From an uncultured Methanoregulaceae archaeon (GTDB taxonomy: Archaea; Halobacteriota; Methanomicrobia; Methanomicrobiales; Methanospirillaceae): a stretch of 64,000 bases of DNA. Shown piece by piece: positions 19,853 to 28,975 of the stretch. The first letter of the stretch is position 1. Every line of letters starts with the position of its first letter. Both the position numbers and the translations under genes were made by a program. The DNA is taken from assembly GCA_963701095.1 (NCBI GenBank), contig OY969564.1, positions 160,001 to 224,000 on the forward strand, read 5' to 3'. Below the pieces are notes generated by a model. The model saw nothing but the letters and a program-made list of their open reading frames with translations, was not told the DNA's origin and ran no database searches.

Positions 19853-20876
19853 CGTATCGCAACCAACAATCCGATAGCAAGTGCGCCACATGCTGGTATG
19901 GCGTCAAATCCCGGGGCTCCTTGCGATGATGTTGCAATCGGTGTTTCAGTACCGACAGGATGAATGTCCTGCGCAAAGATCTCAAGAGCGTCCACAACCC
20001 GGGGCCGGCGCGGTCGACCACATCGGAATCGATAACGTAGACCCGGTGGTTCCGGATCGCAGCGACGTTGGCAAACCGGGTATCGTTCTCAAAGTATTGG
20101 GCAACGGAATCTTCTGTTCCGCCCATGCCCGATCCAGAATTGACAATAAGGATATCCGGATCCGCCGCGATGAAATCCTCGACGCCTACATTTGTCCAGC
20201 CCGGTTTGTTTGCAAAAGCATTCGTACCGCCAGCCATGCTGATGAGTTCATCCTGGAATGTCCCGTTTCCGCTCACATAGATGGGGTCGTTCCAGATGAT
20301 GTGGGCAACTTTGGGACGGGACGTGGTTGCGGAAGCATTCTGTTCTATATTCTGGATTCGCATGTTGAGTGAATCCACAAGCGCAGTAGCATTGTCATCC
20401 GCACCGGTTGCGGTCCCCACGAGCGTTATGTCGTTTAAGATACCGGAAACATTCTGCGGATTGAGAGTGATGACCGTCATGTTGAGTTTTTTGAGCTGGT
20501 CAACGAGTTCTTCACCATTCCCGTACGAGGCCACGATCAGGTCAGGTTTCTGGGTGATGACTTTTTCGACGCTGACCGTGCTGTAACCCCCGATGGACGG
20601 TTTTGTTTTTGCCTCGGCGGGATAATCGCAGTAATCGGTCACCCCGACTATCTGGTTGTCAAGGCCAAGTGCAAAGAGAATTTCTGTATTTGTCGGGGCA
20701 AGAGAGACGATTCTCTGGGGTTCGCCATAGATGGTGACCGTGGCGCCGGAGTCATCGGTAATGGTGCGTTCGAACGAGACGGTGGTATTCACTGGTGCAT
20801 CAGCATGTACCGGGACAGCTGCGATGCAAAGTATAGCGAGAAGAAAGATGAGGGTCAGAGTGGGTGAGGGTTTCAT
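19840..20876 (-). CDS. btuF: Cobalamin-binding protein with PGF-CTERM anchor; apparent frameshift near 20000
   Basis: RIVSLAPTNTEIL motif; corrected C-terminus RAGPRVVDALE...APGFDAIPACGALAIGLLVAIRWMK*. Confidence 0.85.
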
Positions 20877-21080
20877 TACTACCAGATCCGTTGTTACGGG
20901 ATTTTAAGGATTTTTTTAAATACATTTCTTCGGGTGGACCGCCGTGTACGACAAGACGATTTAAGAAACGGGATAGGTTTCCCTCTTGTCCGGAAGAAAA
21001 CCGGCCTGTCGAAACAATCTCCCAGCATTATGCCGGCTTCGCTCGAAAAAAAAGGGCGTTGAACCTTTTTCGCTCTTGTT

Positions 21081-21452
21081 TTAGGCATCATGATTGACGA
21101 TGCCCCTCTCATAGTCGAGTGCGTATTTGACAAAATTGTCGGTGTCGGTAAACGGCCCTGCTCCTAGTGCCGTCACTGTGCCCGGGTCGGAACGGAACAT
21201 ATTCAAAGTACCTTTTTCAGCGGGGGTGTATGTGTATCTCACTTCAAGGAGGTTTTCATGACCATGAAGCCCCGGGGCACGGGATTGGTTATACGCTACG
21301 GCAACGGCCCATGCGGTATCCTGTATGTCGAGGTATACTGTACCGACCAGCAGCCGGTTGTCCTTACGGATCATCACTTCGTTCTCGAATTTCTCAACTG
21401 CCTGCCGTGTAGGTGTGGCAGGTTTGCATCCGAAGAATTTTGCCATTTTCAA
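21081..21452 (-). CDS. Hypothetical protein
   Basis: 123-aa ORF with coding-like composition and an RBS-like sequence upstream. Confidence 0.6.
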   Translation of the reverse strand: MKMAKFFGCKPATPTRQAVEKFENEVMIRKDNRLLVGTVYLDIQDTAWAVAVAYNQSRAPGLHGHENLLEVRYTYTPAEKGTLNMFRSDPGTVTALGAGPFTDTDNFVKYALDYERGIVNHDA

Positions 21453-21634
21453 ATCATCCTTCCAGTAATGTTCACCAATTCCTGATACCTGTGGAAAAAA
21501 CTGTGCAATGTAATTTTTTTAGACTCCATGGCATGCCGGGAAATCATTAACCACTATCCTTTCCTGCTCGTCATCCCAAAAAAATAAGAGATCTATTGGT
21601 CACTTTTTTTGAGTTCATTCGTTAGAACGAATAA

Positions 21635-22159
21635 TTACAGAGTCTGAGTTCCTGTTGCAATCGTGCCTCCACTTGCCTTGTCAATGATACTCCACGATAC
21701 TTTGGTTTCGGCAGACATTGAGAAACTGCCGTAATCGATTGTATTGGTATAAGACTGGTCATCCGATCCGACAATGACGAAGCTGTCGCCAGGTTCGATC
21801 ATGGTACTTCCGGAAGCACTCCCTACTTTATTGAAATAAAGACAATAAGGCACATAACCTCCGGAAGAGGTTACATTCACCTCGTTAAGTGTGAGGGTGG
21901 TCTTTGTATCCCCAGACTGGAACACAACCTGAATATCATTTAAATCGAATGCGTCACCCCCATTGTTGGTGAACACGGTCTGATTTCCGTTCGGAGGGAG
22001 TGTAATCGTGGCTGAAACAGTTGCCTGAGGCGTTTTTGAATGTCCGCTAGATAATCCCCCGGCAAATGCGGAGACAACCGCTGCAATGACAATAGTCACC
22101 ACAAGCATGAGCATGACACCCACAACAGGTGAAACTGCTGAATTCCTGTGCTGGATCAT
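21635..22159 (-). CDS. Archaeal type IV pilin (DUF1628/Pilin_N)
   Basis: Class III signal peptide SA|VSPVVGVMLMLVVTIVIAAVVSAF. Confidence 0.88.
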   Translation of the reverse strand: MIQHRNSAVSPVVGVMLMLVVTIVIAAVVSAFAGGLSSGHSKTPQATVSATITLPPNGNQTVFTNNGGDAFDLNDIQVVFQSGDTKTTLTLNEVNVTSSGGYVPYCLYFNKVGSASGSTMIEPGDSFVIVGSDDQSYTNTIDYGSFSMSAETKVSWSIIDKASGGTIATGTQTL

Positions 22160-22878
22160 TCGACAGTCACCTCCTGATTATAGATCATCTTCCCGCTGGG
22201 GATGTGGATAACCTTGACCCCGACAATAGATCCTGTTCCAAATCCTCCGACTTGTTCCTGTTGAGTCACGTTAAATCCAAGAAGATAATCCATTCCGGGA
22301 TTGTCATGTGGTGAGGAGGGGCCGGTGTTATCGTTGTAATTCCCGCATGATCCTGCTGCTGTCGTTAAAATGTCACCTGGACGGAGGATCGCTGATGCAT
22401 TGCCGAACCAGCCACTTTGGCTACCTTCGTAACCCGGAACGATATAATATCCAAATCGATCCACATCGTTGAAGACGAGCACACCACTCTGTTGGCTTGT
22501 TCCAAAAGCGTTCCACCCGCTTTCGCCAGTTACTGCTGCTTCCCCGCTAAGGTTTCCAGCAAACATAGTTTCGCTGCTGTTGGTGTACGTGGTCGTGATC
22601 TTCAAGTCCTTGGTGGCAAGTGCATCTCCGCTGACTTCAGTTATGGTCATGGTCGGGACATAGAAACCCGTTCCATATCCTGGCATGCCTCCCTGATTTT
22701 CCAGTGCATGGATATGAACATCCAGCACCGCGGTTGGTGCTTTCTGCTGTGTGCCGGAGAGCCCCCCGGCAAAAGCGGAAACAACCGCTGCAATAATAAT
22801 GGTCACGACGAGCATGAGCATAACGCCCACAACCGGCGATACCGCCTGTGCATTCTGCTTTTCTCTCTGCGTTTTCAT
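22156..22878 (-). CDS. Archaeal type IV pilin (DUF1628/Pilin_N)
   Basis: QA|VSPVVGVMLMLVVTIIIAAVVSAF; C-terminal VIHIPSGKMI. Confidence 0.88.
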   Translation of the reverse strand: MKTQREKQNAQAVSPVVGVMLMLVVTIIIAAVVSAFAGGLSGTQQKAPTAVLDVHIHALENQGGMPGYGTGFYVPTMTITEVSGDALATKDLKITTTYTNSSETMFAGNLSGEAAVTGESGWNAFGTSQQSGVLVFNDVDRFGYYIVPGYEGSQSGWFGNASAILRPGDILTTAAGSCGNYNDNTGPSSPHDNPGMDYLLGFNVTQQEQVGGFGTGSIVGVKVIHIPSGKMIYNQEVTVE

Positions 22879-23192
22879 TAAGCACCTCTGCACCGTTACC
22901 CCAATTGGTACCCTGCGTCCGTATCACGGTGTCCGCTGAGAGGCAATTTCGGGTAGCGATAGACAAATGTACTTTTGTTTATACTATTTTAATTGATCAT
23001 TTTTGCCTGCGTTAAAACAGGTTAACTTTCATTATAATAGAAATATTTTTCGACTATTGATATACACCATTATCTGGTGCCAAGGTGTCATACGGTTTTG
23101 TTAACTTGGTGAGAGATCGGATATCTTATGAGGCGTTGGAAAATTGATAAATCCCTAACAAGTTAACAGAGCCGTTCCAAGCCTTTTGGTAC

Positions 23193-24308
23193 CTATGGAT
23201 AAACCATCTCTGATACATTTGTCTCGCTTACGTACTTCCCCGCATAGTCATTCAGCATCGCGTTTGGATCCATGTCTTGGAATGTATTTGGATGCAGGAT
23301 CTTTGCAGTATATACAAGTCCGATGTACGCCCGGGGGCCAAACATTATATCACTGTCAATTGCATAGACTTGGTTCTGCTGCACGGCCGGGATCGTATTC
23401 CAGCCCTCACGATCTTTAAGATTTTCGACAATCTCTGCAAGTGAAAGGGGGTTTGGAAATGAGACGACCTTCATAACGTATTGGGGTTGCTGGGTAACGA
23501 CCCATTCCGGGCTCACCGTCATGTAGGATGTCGACGAGTTTTCGGCAATATTTCTCCCTCCTGCGGCAACCAGCATTTCGTCAGACCCGGATCCGTTTGA
23601 GGCCGCGCTGTAATCGGTGTAGGATTCGAAATATACGGTCGGGCACTCATTATCCGGGATCGATTTTACCCGGGTGTTCACCTGTGCGACCGTATCTTCG
23701 ATCATTCGTGCATAGACTTCAGCCGTGGTCGATGTTCCGGTTAGCGTCCCTATTGCCCGGGCATCGGAAGGCAGTATATCGAGCTTGTAACAGTCAAGGG
23801 AGATTACTGTGATGTTGGCGGCTATAATCTGGTCAATGTTCTTTGGTTTGTAACTGGAGTATGAGATTACCGCGTCAGGATGGAGTGCGAGGATCTCCTC
23901 GATATTTGGCGTTTCCCAATCACCGATGCCTGTAGCATTCGGGATCTTGTCCATAATGTACGGGACGGACAGCGTCGATTGATCCACACCCACAATTTTG
24001 TTTGCCGCGCCAAATGCGATCAACATTTCTGCCGCATCACTATTTGCGACGATTAACCGTTCCGGCTGGCAGGGAAGTGTTATTGGAGTTCCGTCAGATT
24101 GGTTGATCGTGACCGGGGTACAGGAAGCGGTATTGTTGGCAGCCGCATTCAAGGCAGTACTCGTCATTCCGGTAGCGGATGTCGGAGATGCGCCGACAAG
24201 CGCGGATGGTTGTTCTCCGGTCCAAGCCATTCCCATAATCAGTGCGGCAGCACCTACTACTGCACAACAGAGAAGAAGTATCACCATTATTTTTACGGTT
24301 TTGTCCAT
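23193..24308 (-). CDS. ABC substrate-binding protein (BtuF/FepB helical-backbone family)
   Basis: N-terminal TM; PERLIV, PNIEEILALHPD and GPRAYIG..AKILHP motifs. Confidence 0.85.
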   Translation of the reverse strand: MDKTVKIMVILLLCCAVVGAAALIMGMAWTGEQPSALVGASPTSATGMTSTALNAAANNTASCTPVTINQSDGTPITLPCQPERLIVANSDAAEMLIAFGAANKIVGVDQSTLSVPYIMDKIPNATGIGDWETPNIEEILALHPDAVISYSSYKPKNIDQIIAANITVISLDCYKLDILPSDARAIGTLTGTSTTAEVYARMIEDTVAQVNTRVKSIPDNECPTVYFESYTDYSAASNGSGSDEMLVAAGGRNIAENSSTSYMTVSPEWVVTQQPQYVMKVVSFPNPLSLAEIVENLKDREGWNTIPAVQQNQVYAIDSDIMFGPRAYIGLVYTAKILHPNTFQDMDPNAMLNDYAGKYVSETNVSEMVYP

Positions 24309-24375
24309 AAGTTCACCATTCTACGGTCACATGTTCTCATTATTTTCCGGCAACCAGATAATCCGGTCAGCGGCA

Positions 24376-25101
24376 TCACACCGTCACCCGCCGGAACATC
24401 TGCATGCATATAGCAATCACGACCCCGCCCATCACTACAAGCAGACCGATCTGTAGGAGCGGGACGGTCCCAGTTCCTGCTGCACGGACGGCATCAATCG
24501 CATAACTTAAGGGATTAAGGTGGGCAATCGTCCGTAACCAGGCCGGCATCACGTTGTAGGGCATCAGTGCACTCGAAGTAAAGAACAGCGGCATTGAGAT
24601 CATCGTGTTGAACGCTGCATACGAATCATGGTCGCCGAGATAGAGCGAAATAGTCGTTGCGCACGCGGACATGAGGAACCCAAAAAGCAGGAGGATGAGA
24701 TAGATCATTCCGTACTGAGCTGGTGAAAGAATGGTCGCGCCGATAAGGACAGCAATCACAAGGATGATCGTGGCCTGGATCGCGCCCCGGATTGTAATAA
24801 AGAGAATCTTCCCAAACAGGATGCTCTCCCGGGGTGTGGGGAGGGCGAGGAACTTGTTCAAAAAGCCGAGGATCTTGTCAAACATCAGGAGTGTCCCGCC
24901 ATTGAGTGAAGACGAAAGCATGGTCATGACGAGGATGCTTGGCGTAATGAAGTCGAGATAATTGCCGGTGAAACTGACCGGAAGTGCAAGCCCCACAAAG
25001 ATCAGCCAGGCCGCCGGCATAACCAGCATGGATATAACCGAAACCGGGCTGCGGAGCCACTTGATCATGTCCCGTTCGATATAATCTGTTATCCCTCTCA
25101 T
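24376..25101 (-). CDS. ABC-2 type permease (DrrB-like)
   Basis: Multiple TM segments; MPAWL..IAHLNPLSYA motif. Confidence 0.85.
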   Translation of the reverse strand: MRGITDYIERDMIKWLRSPVSVISMLVMPAAWLIFVGLALPVSFTGNYLDFITPSILVMTMLSSSLNGGTLLMFDKILGFLNKFLALPTPRESILFGKILFITIRGAIQATIILVIAVLIGATILSPAQYGMIYLILLLFGFLMSACATTISLYLGDHDSYAAFNTMISMPLFFTSSALMPYNVMPAWLRTIAHLNPLSYAIDAVRAAGTGTVPLLQIGLLVVMGGVVIAICMQMFRRVTV

Positions 25102-26072
25102 TTCCGCCTCCGTAACATCGTTCTGAACTGCTGATAATCGAAATGACCGGCATCCTCGGTATTCCCTACTACATTGAGGAAGACATCGTCAAGGGTCGGT
25201 TCCCGCATGGAGAGCGACGTGACTGTAACCCCCTGCAGATCAAGTGCCCTGGTAATGAGTGGCAGGGCTTCCCGTCCGTTATCTGCAGTGAACGTGATCT
25301 CACCATCCTGCTTACCGAGGATACGGACGCCATCTATCTCGACCGAACCCGGGTTGCCGGACACTTTTGCAGTAATCACGTCTTTTTCTAGGTCCGCCTT
25401 TAATGCGGAAGGAGTGTCGAGTGCTACGATCCTTCCCTGGCTGATAATTCCTACTCGATCGCAGAACTGGTCGGCCTCATCCATGTAATGCGTGGTTACA
25501 AAGATCGTCATGCCGTTTTTCCTGAGCATCCTGATATGTCCCCAGATTTTTTTTCTCGCCCCCACATCGAGCCCGATCGTCGGCTCATCCAGGAAGAGGA
25601 CATCGGGTTCGTGCACAAGAGCCTGGGCAAGCTCCAGCCGCCGCCGCATTCCCCCGGAATACGTCCGTATCAAATCGTCGGCCCTGTCGGATAATTCCAT
25701 GATCGAGATCACTTCATCTGTCGTGTCCTTTGGGTTACTGATGCCGTACAGCTTGGCAAAGAGGAAGACGTTCTCCCGCCCGGTCAGTTTTATGTCAACG
25801 GCCATGTCCTGCGGGACATAGCTGAGCCTTTTCCTCACTTCCTCGCCCTCGTGTTCCACATCATAACCGCAGACGGCCGCACTCCCTTCATTTGGGCGGA
25901 GCAGGGTCGTGAGCATTAGCACGGTTGTTGTTTTACCGGAGCCGTTGGGGCCTAAGAGTGCAAAGATCTCGTTATTCACCGATAGAGACAGGTGATCCAC
26001 TGCGCAGAGTTTGTTGTAATATTTTGTCAGGCCGGTTGTCTCAATTGCGTTCATAGTCCTCCTCTTTTTCAT
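25098..26072 (-). CDS. ABC exporter ATPase (DrrA-like)
   Basis: GPNGSGKTT, YSGGMRRRLE and FLDEPTIGLD motifs. Confidence 0.9.
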   Translation of the reverse strand: MKKRRTMNAIETTGLTKYYNKLCAVDHLSLSVNNEIFALLGPNGSGKTTTVLMLTTLLRPNEGSAAVCGYDVEHEGEEVRKRLSYVPQDMAVDIKLTGRENVFLFAKLYGISNPKDTTDEVISIMELSDRADDLIRTYSGGMRRRLELAQALVHEPDVLFLDEPTIGLDVGARKKIWGHIRMLRKNGMTIFVTTHYMDEADQFCDRVGIISQGRIVALDTPSALKADLEKDVITAKVSGNPGSVEIDGVRILGKQDGEITFTADNGREALPLITRALDLQGVTVTSLSMREPTLDDVFLNVVGNTEDAGHFDYQQFRTMLRRRK

Positions 26073-26081
26073 AGTATACGT

Positions 26082-26797
26082 TCAGAGGTTCCTCGGACGT
26101 TTTGCGTGGACTTTTCCGAGGAGTCCGTCCATTGAATCTCCCCAGGATGCAATATCATCTTTTGTGATAATGTCCACATTGCCCCCTTGGTAATCCCCCT
26201 CACCTGCGAGGTCTTCCATCCACGATTCGATCTCAAGGTAATTTTCTTTAAGTTCCTCAAGCACCTGCTCGTTTGCATCCCAGAGTCCCCGCTGCTCGGC
26301 TTCAAGGAGTCGCCGGGCGATCTCCTCCAAGGCGTACGGGTTCTCCTTCTCGAAAAAATTCCGCATCTCCTCATCGTTCACAAACGATTTTGCGATATCA
26401 TCGAAGATCCAGTCGTCCACTTCCTGCGTTGATGCCTCCCAGCCGTACACTCTGGTGATGCGTTTCATCATGTCCGCCGCACCCTTGTATCCGTGTACCT
26501 TCATCCCGTCGATCCATTTTGGGTTCAACAGTTTTGTCCTCACGACGCGCCGGATCTCATCTGCCAGATCCCGGACTTCGACATGTTCCGGCTCCCGGGT
26601 GTCGCCATAGTACGGTTTCACCTCGTTTCCGGAATAATGGCGGGCCGCTGCTGTCATCCCTCCCTGGGTACCAAAATAACAGCAACAGCCGAGGAGGTCG
26701 TACTCATCAGACTGGACCTTGTTGAACGTAACAGAGACTGTTGAAAGGTTTGCGGTCAGTTGTTCGTGGGCGGCAGCACCTCGTGTCTCCTTCCCTC
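26082..26797 (-). pseudogene. cobN: C-terminal fragment of a CobN-family cobaltochelatase
   Basis: SDEYDLLGCCCYFG and RTKLLNPKWIDGMKVHGYKGA motifs; in-frame stop upstream, no start; only ~240 codons of a >1000-aa family. Confidence 0.85.
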
Positions 26798-27045
26798 CTC
26801 ATCTCTCAATATCCTATTTTTCATGCAAATGAATAGATTTGAAATAGTGTGCTCACACTTTTTCATACAAAAATAAAAAAATTTATTACTTCACCAGCCA
26901 AAAGAAAAACGGGGTGATGATTCCGGCGAACCATCCGTATCCACCCGAGCATCCTTCAGAAAACGGATGCTGTCGCTTGTTTCATTATCATCCCGATCAC
27001 CAAGAACGAACAAAATCCATCATTTGAGGAGTGTTGAAAAATAAG

Positions 27046-27156
27046 ATGGCTGACACTACAAAGAAAAAAAGCAAACCAGAAATAAAGCCCAAGACTACTG
27101 TGGCAGGAAAGGAAAAGAACGGGAAAGATCCACTACCAAAATCCCAAAAAAAGTGA
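27046..27156 (+). CDS. Lys-rich micro-protein (36 aa)
   Basis: GAGGAG upstream; MADTTKKKSKPEIKPKTTVAGKEKNGKDPLPKSQKK. Confidence 0.4.
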   Translation: MADTTKKKSKPEIKPKTTVAGKEKNGKDPLPKSQKK

Positions 27157-27356
27157 GAACTCCGTACTATCCATCTTTTAAATCGCAGGGGCGAATCGAA
27201 GGAGCATGGTCCGCCCCTGATTCCTAATTCCGTTAAGGTGCTATTGCGATAACTGGAATTAATAGGGATTATATCGTCGTAATCCATTAACGCTGGCTAT
27301 TAAAACATCCCGACAATTCAACCTCTCGTGAGTATCTGAAAAATTAACAAACAATA

Positions 27357-27441
27357 TGCGAGGGATGGAATTCGAACCCACTAACTCCTACGAGATTAGG
27401 CCCTCAACCTAATGTCTTTGACCTCACTTGGCTACCCTCGC
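27357..27441 (-). tRNA. tRNA-Leu(GAG), degenerate
   Basis: Acceptor stem GCGAGGG/CCCTCGC; anticodon arm TTAGG-TTGAGGG-CCTAA; long variable arm; TTCGAAT loop; D- and T-stem mismatches. Confidence 0.8.
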
Positions 27442-27599
27442 GCCATGTGTTTCTTTGGACGTTTCTCCTGCCCTACGGGTTTGAGTATGGGTCAAATGAA
27501 AAGAAGACCTGTTTTAAGGCTGTATGAAATCAGGATCATATTTTTCTATGCAAAAAACCATTGGGAAAATACAAGTAAATTAAGCCCAGAAATCGAAAC

Positions 27600-27632
27600 A
27601 GACCTTAACATTCAGTCAGAACGCCGGGGAAG
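27600..27632. repeat. Right attachment site (inverted arm plus core overlapping the tRNA-Ser 3' end)
   Basis: agaccttaacattcagtcag|aacgccggggaag. Confidence 0.85.
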
Positions 27633-27706
27633 AGATTTGAACTCTTGAGGTGCAGGGCACCAGTGGCTTTCAAGGCCACCGCCTTACCGGACTAGACTAC
27701 CCCGGC
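27622..27706 (-). tRNA. tRNA-Ser(TGA)
   Basis: Acceptor stem GCCGGGG/CCCCGGC; anticodon arm GTGGC-CTTGAAA-GCCAC; variable arm; TTCAAAT loop. Confidence 0.93.
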
Positions 27707-27863
27707 ATATGTTCTAACTATTTTGGCCGTACAATATAAAAAAGGCTTCTTTCCTTGTGCTCTTTTCCACGTTACTCGACGAACATTTTAGGCATGCCGC
27801 GATATTTTAAGGAAGGAATCTGTCTGACAGTACGATCTTCTTCATCTATGTACACGATCAACT

Positions 27864-28862
27864 ATGAGGCAGTCAATGATTGCGGAAAACCAGACAAAAC
27901 CGGTCGCATGCTGGCGTGGCAAGGAACGGTATGACAAAAAGACGCTCGAGTGTCTCACTATTATCTTTGAGTCCGGGGGTTGTTCATGGGCAAAATGCCG
28001 TATGTGCAGTTACCGTTTCGAGCGGTATAAAACCAAATCCTGCGAGGAATTGAGCCGGCATCTGCATGCCCAACTTGCCTGGGTTCGGTCCCAGTTCAAC
28101 CTTGATGAGTTTTTGATGATCAAGATATTCACGTCGGGAAGTTTCTTTGATCCAGACGAGGTCCCTTTAGCGTTCCAGAAAGACGTTGCAAAGACGTTCC
28201 GGGGAAAAATCGTTATCGCGGAAACCAGGCCGGAATTTGTCACTCCCTCTACCCTTGAGTGCTTCATCGCAGAGCTTGACAATGGCACTTATACAACACC
28301 TCTCTACTGCGCTATCGGCTTAGAAACTACAAGCGATCCTATCCGGCACAAATGCATCAATAAAGGCTTTACCTATGAAGATTTCACAAAAGCTGCCGCA
28401 ACTGCCCATAAAGCTGGTGCCGGGGTAAAGGCCTATCTCCTTCTCAAGCCGCTCTTTCTCACCGAAGCCGAGGCAATCGATGATATGAGATCATCACTTA
28501 AAGAACTTGCAGGGCGTGTTGAAATGGTCTCTATGAATCCCTGTACTGTCCAGAAACGGACAGAACTGGAATTTTATTGGCGCCAGGGCGCGTACCGGCC
28601 TCCCTATCTCTGGAGTGTTCTTTCCCTCCTCAAAGATTCCCCGGTTGAAGTTACCTGCGATCCTCTCGGCGGGGGCCAGAAACGAGGACCGCACAACTGC
28701 GGGACGTGCGACTACGAGATCACCCGCGGTATCCGGGACTACTCTCTTACCGGTGATCGCGATCTTATTGGGGCACTTTTGGATATGGAATGTGCCTGCA
28801 AAAGTGAATGGGCATATGTGCTTGCAGAGGAACGACCGTATTGCATGCCACTTACGAGATAA
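27864..28862 (+). CDS. raSEA: Archaeosine biosynthesis radical SAM protein (TIGR01210-like)
   Basis: GCSWAKCRMC, KIFTSGSF, ETRPEF and RGPHNCG motifs. Confidence 0.85.
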   Translation: MRQSMIAENQTKPVACWRGKERYDKKTLECLTIIFESGGCSWAKCRMCSYRFERYKTKSCEELSRHLHAQLAWVRSQFNLDEFLMIKIFTSGSFFDPDEVPLAFQKDVAKTFRGKIVIAETRPEFVTPSTLECFIAELDNGTYTTPLYCAIGLETTSDPIRHKCINKGFTYEDFTKAAATAHKAGAGVKAYLLLKPLFLTEAEAIDDMRSSLKELAGRVEMVSMNPCTVQKRTELEFYWRQGAYRPPYLWSVLSLLKDSPVEVTCDPLGGGQKRGPHNCGTCDYEITRGIRDYSLTGDRDLIGALLDMECACKSEWAYVLAEERPYCMPLTR

Positions 28863-28975
28863 GGACTTTTCTCTCATCTTTTTTTATCAGGCAAAAAACC
28901 TCTGTTTTACGTCCTGATCTTATTTTTCAATGTATGTTCTGAAAAGATAATATACCGTAAAAGCGATGAAACCGT

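Larger units (their letters stand above)
9627..27632. mobile_element. ~18 kb tyrosine-integrase genomic island integrated at the 3' end of tRNA-Ser(TGA)
   Basis: Direct repeat AACGCCGGGGAAG at 9627-9639 and 27620-27632; inverted arms 9640-9665 and 27600-27625 (23/26 identical); integrase next to the left end. Confidence 0.88.

Noticed and set aside
20877..21080. Cobalamin riboswitch upstream of btuF
   Set aside because: No recognisable B12-box or conserved riboswitch core.
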